Shown here piece after piece: positions 50,565 to 61,277 of a stretch of DNA of 64,000 bases (position 1 is its first letter; every line of letters begins with the position of its first letter). The notes below the pieces were generated by a model. The model was not told the DNA's origin. It was given only the letters and a program-made list of their open reading frames with translations, and did no database searches. The position numbers and the translations under genes are program-made. Source of the DNA: an uncultured Phycisphaerales bacterium. Its GTDB lineage: Bacteria; Planctomycetota; Phycisphaerae; Tepidisphaerales; Tepidisphaeraceae. The stretch covers positions 2,208,001 through 2,272,000 of the forward strand of contig CAVWLP010000002.1 in NCBI GenBank assembly GCA_963755915.1. Direction: 5' to 3'.

Positions 50565-53236
50565 ATGGACACCTCCGTCACACAAGATCGCAAGCCCGCT
50601 GAGGAGAAATCGCCTCCGGCCGTCGGTCTCTCGCCGGCGATGCGGCAGTATCAGCAATTTAAAACGCAATATCCCGGCTATGTGCTGTTTTTCCGCATGG
50701 GGGATTTTTATGAGATGTTTTGGGAGGACGCTCGGTTGGCGGCGCGGGTTTTGGGGGTGGCGCTGACGAGCCGGAGCCGCGGGGGGCTGGATGCGGAGGA
50801 TGCGATTCCGATGGCGGGGGTGCCGTTTCATGCGGTGGATGGGTATTTGCGGAAGATGATCGCGGCGGGGCATAAGGTGGCGATTTGCGAGCAGGTGGAG
50901 GACCCGGCCGTCGCCAAGGGGGTGATTCGGCGGGACGTGGTTCGGCTGATGACGCCGGGCACGCTGACGGACGATCCGCTGCTGGATGGGCGGGCGGATA
51001 ATTATCTGGCGGCCGTGGCGTTTGGGATTACGAAACGCGACGGGTATCGCGCGGCGCTGGCGTGGGTGGAGCTTTCGACCGGGGCGTGCGTGGCGATGAG
51101 CGGCCGCGAGGGGCAGGTGCGCGATGAGATCGCCCGGCTGCGGCCGGCGGAAGTGCTGCTGCCGGAATTGCCATCCGGGCAGACGCATGAATTCGGGCGG
51201 CAACTGGAGGGGATCGAGACGATCGCGGTAACGGCGCGGCCGGGGTGGCAGTTTTCGCAGCACCATGCGAAGGAGCAGCTTTCGGCCCAGTGGAAAATCG
51301 CGACGGCGGAGGGGCTGGGTTTTTCGGATGACGATCCGGGGATTTTCGCGGCGGCGGCGCTGCTGTCGTATCTTCAGGAGACGCAGAAGACCTCGCTGGC
51401 GCACCTGCGGCCGCTGCGGCGGCACGTGGTGGAGAATCACCTTGCCGTTGATCCCTCGACGTGGCGAAGTTTGGAGATCGAGCGGACGGTTCGCAGCGGG
51501 GGGACCGGGGGAACATTGCTGGGGGCGATCGACCGGACCCGAAGTTCGATGGGGGCGCGGCTGCTGCGGCAGTGGTTGCGCACGCCGCTGGCGGAGAGCC
51601 AGCATGTGGAGGCGCGGCAGAGCGCCATCGCGGCGCTATTGGAGGCGTCCGAGGCGCTGGGGAAAATCGTGGAATGTTTAGACGATGTCTGCGATATCGA
51701 GCGGATCGTCGCGCGGATTGCGCTGGCGCGGGCCAACCCGCGGGATTTGAGCGGCGCTGTCGCGGTCGCTGGGGTCGATGCCGGCGCTGCTGGATCGGCT
51801 GGCGGCGCTGCCGGCGGCGAAGGATGTAGCGCCTGAGCTGGTGAGACTGCGGGAGTTTTGCGTGGAGCGCGGGAAATATCTGGCCGGGGCGATCAAGGCC
51901 GATCCTTCGCCGCATTTGCGCGAGGGGGGCGTGATTGAAAAGGGGTTTGATGCGGAGCTGGATCGCCTGCGGCAACTGACGCAGGAGAGCCACTCCTGGC
52001 TGGCGGAATATCAGGCGAAGCTGGCCGGGGAGTCGGGGATCGCGTCGCTGAAGATCGGGTTTAACAAGGTTTTTGGTTATTACATCGAGGTGACCGATTC
52101 GCATCGGGCGAAGGTGCCCGTGGCCTGGTCGCGGAAACAGACGGTCAAGAACGCCGAGCGATATATCACCGAGGAGTTGAAGGCGTTTGAGACCGAGGCG
52201 CTGCAGGCGCAGGACCGGGCGATTGCCCTGGAGCAGCAGCTCTTCGAGAAGGTTCGGCAGGAATTGCTCCAGCATGTCGCGACGTTTGGGGAGCTGGCGC
52301 AGGGAATCGCCCGCGTGGACGTACTGGCATCGCTGGCGGTTTTGGCGCGGGAGCGGCGGTATTGCCGGCCGGTGATTCTTGAGGACCGGACGCTGGAGAT
52401 CATCGACGGACGGCATCCGGTGCTGGAGCAGCAGCTTGGTTCGGAGTTCGTGGCCAACGATGTGAGTTTCGGGGCCGAAGATACGCTGGCGCTGATCACC
52501 GGGCCGAACATGGCCGGCAAATCGACCTACATCCGGCAGGCGGCGCTGATCGTGCTGATGGCGCAGATCGGCAGCTTCGTGCCGGCGAAGTCGGCGAAGA
52601 TCGGGATCGCGGATCGGCTTTTCGCGCGGATCGGGGCGAGCGATGAAATCCACAGCGGGCAGTCGACGTTCATGGTGGAGATGATCGAGACGGCCAATAT
52701 TCTGAATAACGGGGGAGAAGAGCCTGGTGATCCTCGACGAGATCGGGCGGGGGACCAGCACGCTGGATGGACTGAGTCTGGCTTGGGCGATCGCGGAGCA
52801 CATCGCGCTTCAGGTGAGGAGCCGGACGCTTTTCGCGACGCACTACCACGAGCTGACGGATTTGGCCCGGCGGATTAAAGGCGTGCGGAATCTCAACGTC
52901 GCGGTTCGGGAATGGGAAGATCAGGTCGTCTTCCTGCACCGGATTGTCGAGGGGGGGACGGACCGGAGCTATGGCATTCACGTCGCCCGGCTGGCGGGCG
53001 TTCCGCCGGAGGTGCTGGAGCGGGCGAGACAACTGCTTTCGGAACTGGCGGTGCAGCACGTGGGGTCGGCGAAAGTTCCTAAAGGAAAGCGGGCGCAGGA
53101 TGCCGATCAGATGGAGTTGTTCGTCGATCCTGCGAAGGAGATTGCGCGGGTCCTGGCGGGGACGAAGCTGGACGAGCTGACGCCGATGCAGGCATTTGAT
53201 TTGTTGCGGGAATTGAAGAAGCGGCTTACCGAGTAA
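50565..53236 (+). CDS. mutS: DNA mismatch repair protein MutS, frameshifts near 51755 and 52710
   Basis: [51 protein letters not shown]. Confidence 0.95.
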
Positions 53237-53275
53237 TGAAAACTCAACGCGGAGATGAGGGAAGTCCTGAATTGT

Positions 53276-53302
53276 CCCCGCCCCCGGTACTCCGGGGAGG
53301 GG
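53276..53302 (-). repeat. Partial REP of the 13212 family
   Basis: CCCCGCCCCCGGTACTCCGGGGAGGGG. Confidence 0.65.
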
Positions 53303-53321
53303 GTTTAAGAGAGCCGCGTTT

Positions 53322-55240
53322 GTGTTAACGGTGGTCGCGGTATTTCTCGCGGCCTTCGCACTTTTCCATCCGTCTGCCGCTCTTGCCCGCGCCGGAGGCG
53401 GCGAAGGTTTCGGCGGCGGTGGTGGGGGCGACCATGGAGGAGGCGGCGGGGGTGGGGGCGGGGGGATCGGCTGGCTGATCTATTACTGGATTCTTTTCTG
53501 CATCGATTATCCGTACATCGGCCTGCCGGTCACGCTCCTTGTTCTGTTCGCGATCTACAAGGGACACCAGGGCGGGATGTCGGCCTACACCGGCAGCGTC
53601 ATTCGCCGGGGGCTTGAAGCCGCTGATAGCAACCAGTCGCGCGACGCGGTGGCGGCCATGGGGGAGGCGGATTCGCCGCCGGAGGTGCAGAGATTTTTGC
53701 GGCGAACGGGGGCTGCGTTCATGAAAATTCAGCAGGCATGGTGCGGGCAGAATCTTGCGCCGATTCGCCCCTTCGTTTCGGATGGGGTCTTTGAGCGGTT
53801 TTCCCTTCAGATCGACGAGCAGAGATCGCTGGGATATCGCGATCACATGGACCATATTGCCATCGAATCGACCGCCCTCGTCGAATTCACCGCGGGTCCG
53901 GTGTTTGACGTCGCCACGGTTTGCTTCAGTGCGCGGGCAGCCGATTACCGGGCCGATTTGAAAACCGGCGAGAGAATCTCCGGCTCGGATGATATCGAGC
54001 CGTTCGTGGAATTCTGGGCGTGGATTCGCCGGCACGGATTCAAGAGCGATCCGACCAAGCCGGGGCTCATCGAAGGCAACTGCCCCAACTGCGGCGCGGC
54101 CATCGAGATGAACCAGTCGGCCCAGTGCACCCATTGCCAGGCGATTCTTCGCAGCGGGGAATTCGACTGGGTGCTCACGGAAATCACCCAGGAGAGCGAA
54201 TGGGATCGCGGGCGGCACCAGATGCTGGCGGGGGTTGCCCAGTTCCAGCAGAAGGACCCGGGGATCAGCCGGGTTGGGATCGAAGACCGCGCATCGGTCA
54301 TGTTCTGGCGGAAGATGCTCGCGGACCGGAGTGGGAAGATTAATCCGCTGAGAAAAATCGCGACGGACGATTTCTGCCGGGATTATGCGGCGGAAAGCCT
54401 GGCGCCGCAGCCCGATGGCAGCCGCCCGTTTTGCGGCGATTGCGCCCTCGGCGGCGTGCAACTGCTGGGCTTCGTTGCCGATGAAGATGAGGACAACGCG
54501 ATCGTCGAACTGGTGTGGGAAGGGAGGCTGATTATCGTCCATCCGGGGGCGGTGCTGGACCAGTCGGGCCAGCGGATGCACGTGCATACCCTTTTTATTC
54601 TGAAGCGCAAGGCGGGGGTGAGCAGCGATCCGGGCACGAGCCTCTCGTCGGCTCATTGCCCGAACTGCGGCGCGCCGGTGACCAGCGACCTGTCCCCCGC
54701 CTGCACGTTTTGCGGAACGGTTTTAAACGACGGATCGCGCGGGTGGGTGCTGACGGCGGTGACATCCGCGCAGTCTGACCTGGCCCGCCAGTGGAGGCAG
54801 CGGCTGGCGCCGGCGGACCTCCGGCCCGTGGGGGTCGTGAACGGCGTTTCGCGCAAGGGGCTGCTGGCATGGGCGGTGAGGGTGTCGGCGGCGGATGGAA
54901 CCGTCGATCAGGAAGAGCGGGATATGCTGAATTCGCTCGCGGATAAATGCCGGGTGGATCCGTTGCTGCTGAATCAAATGATCCGGGCAGCGCTATTGGG
55001 ACGGCTGGTGGCGCCGGAGCCTCCCGATGCCGAAACGGCGCGGACCTGGCTAAAGGCGATGGCCGCGGCCGCGCTGGTGCACGGCCAGGTGCAGCCGCCG
55101 GAGGCGCAGCTCCTGCATCGCGCCGCGGCGCGTTTCGGCATCAGCGACGCCGAGGTGACCGAGATGCTCTCGCAGCAGCGCGACGAGCATTTGGCCACCG
55201 CGCAAGTGCGCTGCAAACGGCGCGGCAAAATGAGAACTGA
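53322..55240 (+). CDS. Membrane-anchored tandem Tim44-like/Zn-ribbon protein with TerB-like C-terminus (probable frameshift near 55203; uncorrected ORF runs to 55361)
   Basis: Signal peptide + ARAGGG, TM, FMKIQQAW...FVEFW, CPNC..CTHC twice, AADGTVDQEE. Confidence 0.7.
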
Positions 55241-55246
55241 AATCCG

Positions 55247-56599
55247 CTATTTGGCGGGCGCCACTTCCACCTCAAACACATACGACGGCCCAAACATATT
55301 CGAGCGGAAGATGACCCACTTCCCGTCGCGGGTGAAGACGGGGTTGGGCTCCAGTGAATAATCGTGCCTGGACATATTCACCAGGCGCTCGGCCATGAGA
55401 TGGCCGGGCTGAATCATATGGCTGGTGTCGAAGGTGCCCGATTCCAGATTCTGATCGAGCGTGGGGGTGAAAAGAAAAATCCACTTGGCGGTGTTGCTGC
55501 CGTCCCCGGCGAATAGTGAGCCGTCCCGGGAAACATTGGCGTGGATCGACGCCGTGTCCGGCGGGTTGTGGTACCAGGTCTGCTGGCCGGTATCGAGGTT
55601 AGTGCCGGCCAACCACGTCAGCCCCTCTTCGCCGCGCGGGGTGTAGAGTTGATACCAGATGGTTCGCCCATCGGCCGACCAGAATTCGTGGCCCCACATT
55701 TCGTTGATCATGGTGCGCTTGTGGACGTTGAACAGCCCGGTACCATCGGTGCGGATCGTCCAGACCCGGTCGTTGAGCTGCCAGGGTCCCTCGTGGCAAA
55801 ACATCAGGAGGTTGGGATCGGTCGGCGAGAACTGGAAATGGTTGTCCCAGTCGTTGCTGGGGTTGAAGGTTTTGATCTCGCCGGTCTGGGCGTCCATGGT
55901 GACCAGGGCCATGGGCAGATGCTGCGACCAGCGGGCGTAGAGATTGATCCGCCGGCCGCGCTCGGCGGTGACCGGGCGGGTTGAAGCGCCGCTACGGCCA
56001 TCGAGATAGGTGACTGCGCCGGCGAGGAGGGTTTCGTCGCAGTTGACGGTGCCGACGTTCACGCCGCGCGGAAGCTCGCCGATTTCGTGCTGCTCTTTAG
56101 TAATCGGGTCGATCCACCAGACGGAGTGTTTGGCCGATTCGAAATCGCCGCCGGGGACGAACTCGGTCTTCGTATAAAAGATTCGCCCGGTTTTGCGGCC
56201 GACGACGATCACGCTGATCTGCGACCCTGTAAATCCCTGCGTAAACTGAGACGTGTTGCCGGCAAGGATCTGCTCGATTTTCCGCGATTCCAGATCGACC
56301 TGGTAAATCCCCGTCGGCGAGGTGAAGACCAGCTTCTTCCCATCGAGGGAGAAGGCGTTCTGATGAAAATAGAGGCTCATGCTCCCCGGCTCATCCGAAA
56401 GCCGGATCACCCGATGACCGGTATCGCGGTCGATCCATTCCTTGGGCGGATTGGCGACGGTGACGGTGTTAAAGGCCTGGCCCGTGTTCAGATCAGCACC
56501 CGTCGCCTGCGTGGTTGGCGCGGACGACGAAGCCTGCTGATGCGCCGGCACTGAAGAACAACCGATCAGGCAGATCGCGATCAAAATTGCATATTTCAT
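55247..56599 (-). CDS. Oligogalacturonate lyase family (PL22-like) lipoprotein
   Basis: LIGC lipobox, LYFHQNAF, HFQFSP, FCHEGPW, GHEFW. Confidence 0.85.
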   Translation of the reverse strand: MKYAILIAICLIGCSSVPAHQQASSSAPTTQATGADLNTGQAFNTVTVANPPKEWIDRDTGHRVIRLSDEPGSMSLYFHQNAFSLDGKKLVFTSPTGIYQVDLESRKIEQILAGNTSQFTQGFTGSQISVIVVGRKTGRIFYTKTEFVPGGDFESAKHSVWWIDPITKEQHEIGELPRGVNVGTVNCDETLLAGAVTYLDGRSGASTRPVTAERGRRINLYARWSQHLPMALVTMDAQTGEIKTFNPSNDWDNHFQFSPTDPNLLMFCHEGPWQLNDRVWTIRTDGTGLFNVHKRTMINEMWGHEFWSADGRTIWYQLYTPRGEEGLTWLAGTNLDTGQQTWYHNPPDTASIHANVSRDGSLFAGDGSNTAKWIFLFTPTLDQNLESGTFDTSHMIQPGHLMAERLVNMSRHDYSLEPNPVFTRDGKWVIFRSNMFGPSYVFEVEVAPAK

Positions 56600-56642
56600 G
56601 GAGGTACCCCGGACTCTACTTCATCGGCGAAGAAAATAGTTT

Positions 56643-56708
56643 AACCACGGATTTCACGGATGATTGAATGCATCTTCTTATCCGTGCCCATCCGTGTAAT
56701 CCGTGGTT
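56643..56708. repeat. 66-bp CACGGAT-type palindromic element
   Basis: AACCACGGATTTCACGGAT...ATCCGTGCCCATCCGTGTAATCCGTGGTT. Confidence 0.75.
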
Positions 56709-56716
56709 GGAAATCT

Positions 56717-57307
56717 TTATTTCCCTTCCGGCGGCGTAAACCGATTCCGATATTGCTGCAGCGCCGTCTTAAGCGTATCGACGATTCGCGGCATGTGATG
56801 GGCGGCCGTGATCACCCGCGCCGAAACCGCCGCGGTCGGATAGAAGCCGGTGATGAAATCGAAGAAGAATTCCGCCGAGGAATGGCCGACCATCACGCTG
56901 TTGGCGTACGCCCCGCTGAGAAGATCATCCGACAATTTAAAGTTCTCGTAGATTTCGGCGATCGTCGGCCGCTTCTGCGGAGGCTTGGGAAGTGCCGGCG
57001 GAGCGCCGTTGGCGGCAATGTATTTTTCCAGATTGTCGGAGGCGGCCGTGACGACCTGCTCCATTACCTTCGGGACGACGATCACCCTGGCCACGATCTG
57101 ATGCGGCCGGGTCAGCCCCTGCAGGAAATCCAGCACGAACTCGTTGGGGCTGTCGAGCACGAGCATCCCGGTGGTCGCCACCGCCCGGCCAAGCTTCTCC
57201 GGCACGCGGGCCGCCACCGGCTGGTGCTGAAACTGCTCGGCAAACGTGCCCAGGTCATTCTGGGCCGGCTTCGGGTCTTTTTTGGGTTCATCGGAGGGAG
57301 GTTCCAT
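56717..57307 (-). CDS. Tandem DUF3467-like protein
   Basis: Two similar halves (EFVLDF...VARV; EFFFDF...SARV). Confidence 0.7.
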   Translation of the reverse strand: MEPPSDEPKKDPKPAQNDLGTFAEQFQHQPVAARVPEKLGRAVATTGMLVLDSPNEFVLDFLQGLTRPHQIVARVIVVPKVMEQVVTAASDNLEKYIAANGAPPALPKPPQKRPTIAEIYENFKLSDDLLSGAYANSVMVGHSSAEFFFDFITGFYPTAAVSARVITAAHHMPRIVDTLKTALQQYRNRFTPPEGK

Positions 57308-57447
57308 GCTCTACAAAGCGTACAGACACCCGCGGATTTATTCCACTGCCGGTTCCCCGCCCATGTGCTGCCCCCCGACGTTTTCGCCGCCGTTTTGCGG
57401 GCCGATTGCAAGGCGCAGGCACATCGTCTATTACACAACTCCAGAGG

Positions 57448-59411
57448 ATGAAATGAGAATTTCGTGCCCGCGATTTGTGCCGCTGCTTTTTCTTCTGGCC
57501 CCGTTGCTACTCGTCCCGTGCTCGACTGCAACTGCCGATGAGACCCGCATCGACGTGCATCCGGACAGGCTCATTTCGGTTCCCTGCAACCTTCTCACCG
57601 GCGTTTGTCTGGAGGATGTGAACCACGAAGTCTACGGCGGGATTTACAGCCAGCTCATTTTCGGTGAAAGCTTTCAGGAATCGCCGGCGAATACCGCCCA
57701 GGCAGTGGGAAAAATTAGCGGAATGTGGCGGCCAATCCTGCACGGCGCCCCCGTCGCCAGTTTCGGCCTCGACACTCAATCGCCCTTTGTCGGAACCCAG
57801 TCGCAGCAGATGACGTTTCAATCCGGCGCTGGGGATGTCGCCATCCAAAACCGCGGGCTCAATGGCTGGGGAATCAGCCTCCTGGCCGGCAAATCGTACG
57901 AGGGATGCGTCTGGGTCCGCGCTGCTGCGCCCACCCGGCTCCTCGCGACTTTGCAGAGCGCAGACGGTGCAACAGTTTATTCGCAACAGCCGCTTCAAGT
58001 GCCCGCGGGCAACTGGACCCGGCTGGATTTTTCACTTACGCCCAGCGCTACCGACACCGCTGCCGCATTTGCGCTGGAGCTTCCGGCGCCGGGGTCTGTC
58101 ACAATTGGATATGCATTCCTCCAGCCCGGAACCTGGGGACGATTTAAGGGTTTGCCGGTGCGAAAAGACCTGGCGCTAGGATTAATCAACCAGGGGATTG
58201 GTATCATGCGCTACGGCGGTTCGATGGTGAACAGCCCCGAGTACCGTTGGAAGAAGATGATCGGTCCGCGCGACCACAGGCCGCCTTACGCCGGGCATTG
58301 GTATCCATACTCTTCCAACGGCTGGGGGGTGATGGATTTTCTGAACCTCTGCGAGGCCGCCAACATCGTCGGCGTTCCCGACTTGAGCCTCGACGAATCA
58401 CCCGGCGACATGGCCGACTTCATCGAATATGTGAACGGCTCGCCCGACACTCCGTGGGGCCGGCGGCGATCGGCCGACGGGCATCCAGCCCCGTATCATC
58501 TCAAGTATCTGGAACTGGGAAACGAACAGCGCGTCGACGACGCGTGCGCTGCAAAGTTCAATGCCATTGCCGGGGCCGTCTGGGCCAAAGACCCTGAAAT
58601 CATCCTCGTGATGGGGGATTTCAGCTTTAAGAAAAGAATCACCGATCCAAACCACATCACCGGCGCCGACAGCGGAATCGAAAACTTCGATGGCCAGCAG
58701 CAGATTCTCGATTTCGCCCGCCGGCACAACCGCGAGGTGTGGTTCGATGTCCATGTCTGGTCGGAAAACCTTCAGCCATCGCCCGACCTGCTTGCCCTGC
58801 CCAGTTATGTTGACGCGATCGACACCCTTGCCGCCGGCGCCAGGCATCGGGTCGTTGTCTTCGAGCTCAACGCCAACAGCCACGGCCTGCATCGGGCCCT
58901 GGCCAATGCAGTTTCGATCAATACGATTCGCCGCGATCATCGCGTCGCCGCCGTTTGCTCGGCCAATGCACTTCAGCCCGACGGACAGAACGACAACGGC
59001 TGGGACCAGGGGCTGCTATTTTTCAATCCGTCGCGGGCGTGGCTTCAGCCGCCGGCGTTCATTCCGCGCATGCCGGCGGATAACAATCTTCCGCAGCTCG
59101 TGCGGTGCGATGTGAGCCCGGGATCGAGCCTCGATGTAACCGCCTTGCGCAGCGAAGATGGAAAAACACTGGTGCTTGAGATCGTGAACAGCGGCTCGGC
59201 CGAGACGGCCGATATTTCGCTCCGACCTTTTGTGCTGGCCGCATCGGGTGCGCAGGTGATGGAATTGACGGGAGCTGATGATGCGACAAACACCGCTGCG
59301 AACCCGGACCGTGTGCAGCCTCAAGAGAGCCGGTGGGACCTGGAATTCAGCGACGGGACATTACGCCGGGTTTTTCCCGCGGAGAGTTTCACGGTTATCC
59401 GTTTCCAGTAA
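57448..59411 (+). CDS. Alpha-L-arabinofuranosidase (GH51-like)
   Basis: Signal peptide, EDVNHEVYGG, RYGG, YLELGNE, C-terminal FPAESFTVIR. Confidence 0.85.
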
Positions 59412-59621
59412 CGGCGGGCTTAGCTGAGAGGCGCATCAAGGCAATTGCGTCTGGCATAAAAGCGGAAGACTCCCACGCCAACCCCCCTCTTCGAGCCGCG
59501 CCGACATGGGGAATTCCCCCAAAAGCGCCCAACGTCCAAATAAAACCGGCGACCGCTTTTAAGTCGGGGGGTGGGAACGACGATGCTGACCACATCGGCC
59601 TGCGCCGAGGGAGAATAGAGC

Positions 59622-60169
59622 ATGACACGTAAAAATATTGGCTGGGTCGCCCTGGGCACTTTCGCGTTTGCGGTTTTGATCGGCGCGATTTGCGGCCGCC
59701 AGACGCCGCAATCGGCAGACGCATCGCCCTCATCCCCGCAACTCCCTCCCAATAATACACAAACCTGCCAGGTGGTTATCCAGCAGATAAATACCATCCA
59801 GCAAACGGTGATGTCGCAAAAGCATTCCGGCAGTCTCGTCGCAACACCGTTCGACGCGGTCGTTGCCCGGGAATCGCAGATCGACACGTCGCAGTGTCCG
59901 GCGGATTTCCGCTCGGCCATGACGCACTTCGTTGCCGCCGAGACGATTGCCTCCTTCAATGCCCGCATGGACCCGACCGGCGAGCTCGATCGTGCCTTAT
60001 CTGCGATTATGGAAACGTCCGCGACCTACGGCTTCGCCGCTCCCCGCGCCTCGCTGCGTGGGACGCCTACGGCCAAAGCGTACCTGACGACCAGAAACAG
60101 GATTTCGCGAACATCCAATCGGCGCTGGTTGATCTGGCGGATGTTGCCAGCAAGTATGGCGCGAAATGA
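59622..60169 (+). CDS. Hypothetical secreted/membrane-anchored protein, probable frameshift near 60048
   Basis: N-terminal TM, IDTSQCPADFR; plausible C-terminus VASKYGAK in the shifted frame. Confidence 0.55.
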
Positions 60170-60190
60170 ATTTGCCCGAACTGGGCGATT

Positions 60191-61132
60191 CTATTCCGCG
60201 TCCAACACATTCTGCGCCTGATCCCGGACTTTTGCGGCCTGGTCGACCACATCCTGCCATTTGCCCTCATTGCCGCCGACCAGAAACGCCGCTTCCCTTC
60301 CCTGCACCGCGACGCTATAGGCCTGACTGCACACATCGATGATGTTCGAGAGGGTGTTGCGATCGGGAGTGCTGAGCCCCTGGCGTACGGTGATGCCCGA
60401 ACCCCAGCCCCAGGTGGTGGGGCCGATCGTCGTCGATAGAATCACGTCGGCGTTTTGCTGCACGTTCGCGGTCGCCGCGCTCTGCTGAGCCAGCACGCGA
60501 AGGATGATCTCCCTGCCGCGCTGGCCGATGCTGCGGGTCAAAGTGACGAGCTGGGTGCGGTCGACGCCGGAGACGTTGGCCAAAGCGAAGAGGTCGGTGA
60601 TCCTGGGAACAACCTGGAAAATCGGGGCGATGTCCTGCGCCGTCTGAGCCGCCCGCAGTGCATCCTGCGAGCTTTGCCAGGTCGCGTCAAAGATGGCGGC
60701 GGCCGCCTGCTTCCATCCGTCGTCGGTGGTGACGTCGATCGACTGCCCGCCCGGGGGCTGGTAGGTGAGGCCGCGGCAATTCTGGAGGATCAGCGCGCCG
60801 CCGCGCGCCCGCAGTGCCGTTGGCGGATCATCCGCGGCTGCGGTCTCGGCGTCCTTGTAGGCCTTTATCGCTGCACGGCTGTCCTGCAACTTCACCAGGC
60901 AGTCGCCGCGCAGAAGCAGCAGGCTTGGGCGATCCACGCCGGTCGCAGGCGCGCCTTTCAGGAAGAGCAATCGCGAAATCTGCTGAAGGCACGGGTGATA
61001 TTGGCCGGCGGTATAGAGTTCGCGAAGCTGCGCCGTTGTGGGGATGGTGACGGTCTGTGCCCAAGCGGGGCTTATTGCAAAGACCCCGAGAAGAACCAAA
61101 AAGCAGCGCCAATGAAGAAGTTTCGGACGCAT
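60191..61132 (-). CDS. Secreted helical (TPR-like) hypothetical protein
   Basis: AWA signal peptide; LLLRGDCLVKL...AAIKAY. Confidence 0.6.
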   Translation of the reverse strand: MRPKLLHWRCFLVLLGVFAISPAWAQTVTIPTTAQLRELYTAGQYHPCLQQISRLLFLKGAPATGVDRPSLLLLRGDCLVKLQDSRAAIKAYKDAETAAADDPPTALRARGGALILQNCRGLTYQPPGGQSIDVTTDDGWKQAAAAIFDATWQSSQDALRAAQTAQDIAPIFQVVPRITDLFALANVSGVDRTQLVTLTRSIGQRGREIILRVLAQQSAATANVQQNADVILSTTIGPTTWGWGSGITVRQGLSTPDRNTLSNIIDVCSQAYSVAVQGREAAFLVGGNEGKWQDVVDQAAKVRDQAQNVLDAE

Positions 61133-61277
61133 AGTTCACCTCGCCGACCGTGAAATTTCAAATTATCTGCTTTACGAATCGCTGGCCCCGCCCATTCCAT
61201 CCAACCCTCCCAGTTTGTCGCGGACTGTTACCTTTTGTACCCGATGTCTCGCGGCACAAAAATAATTCGTCGCCGAA

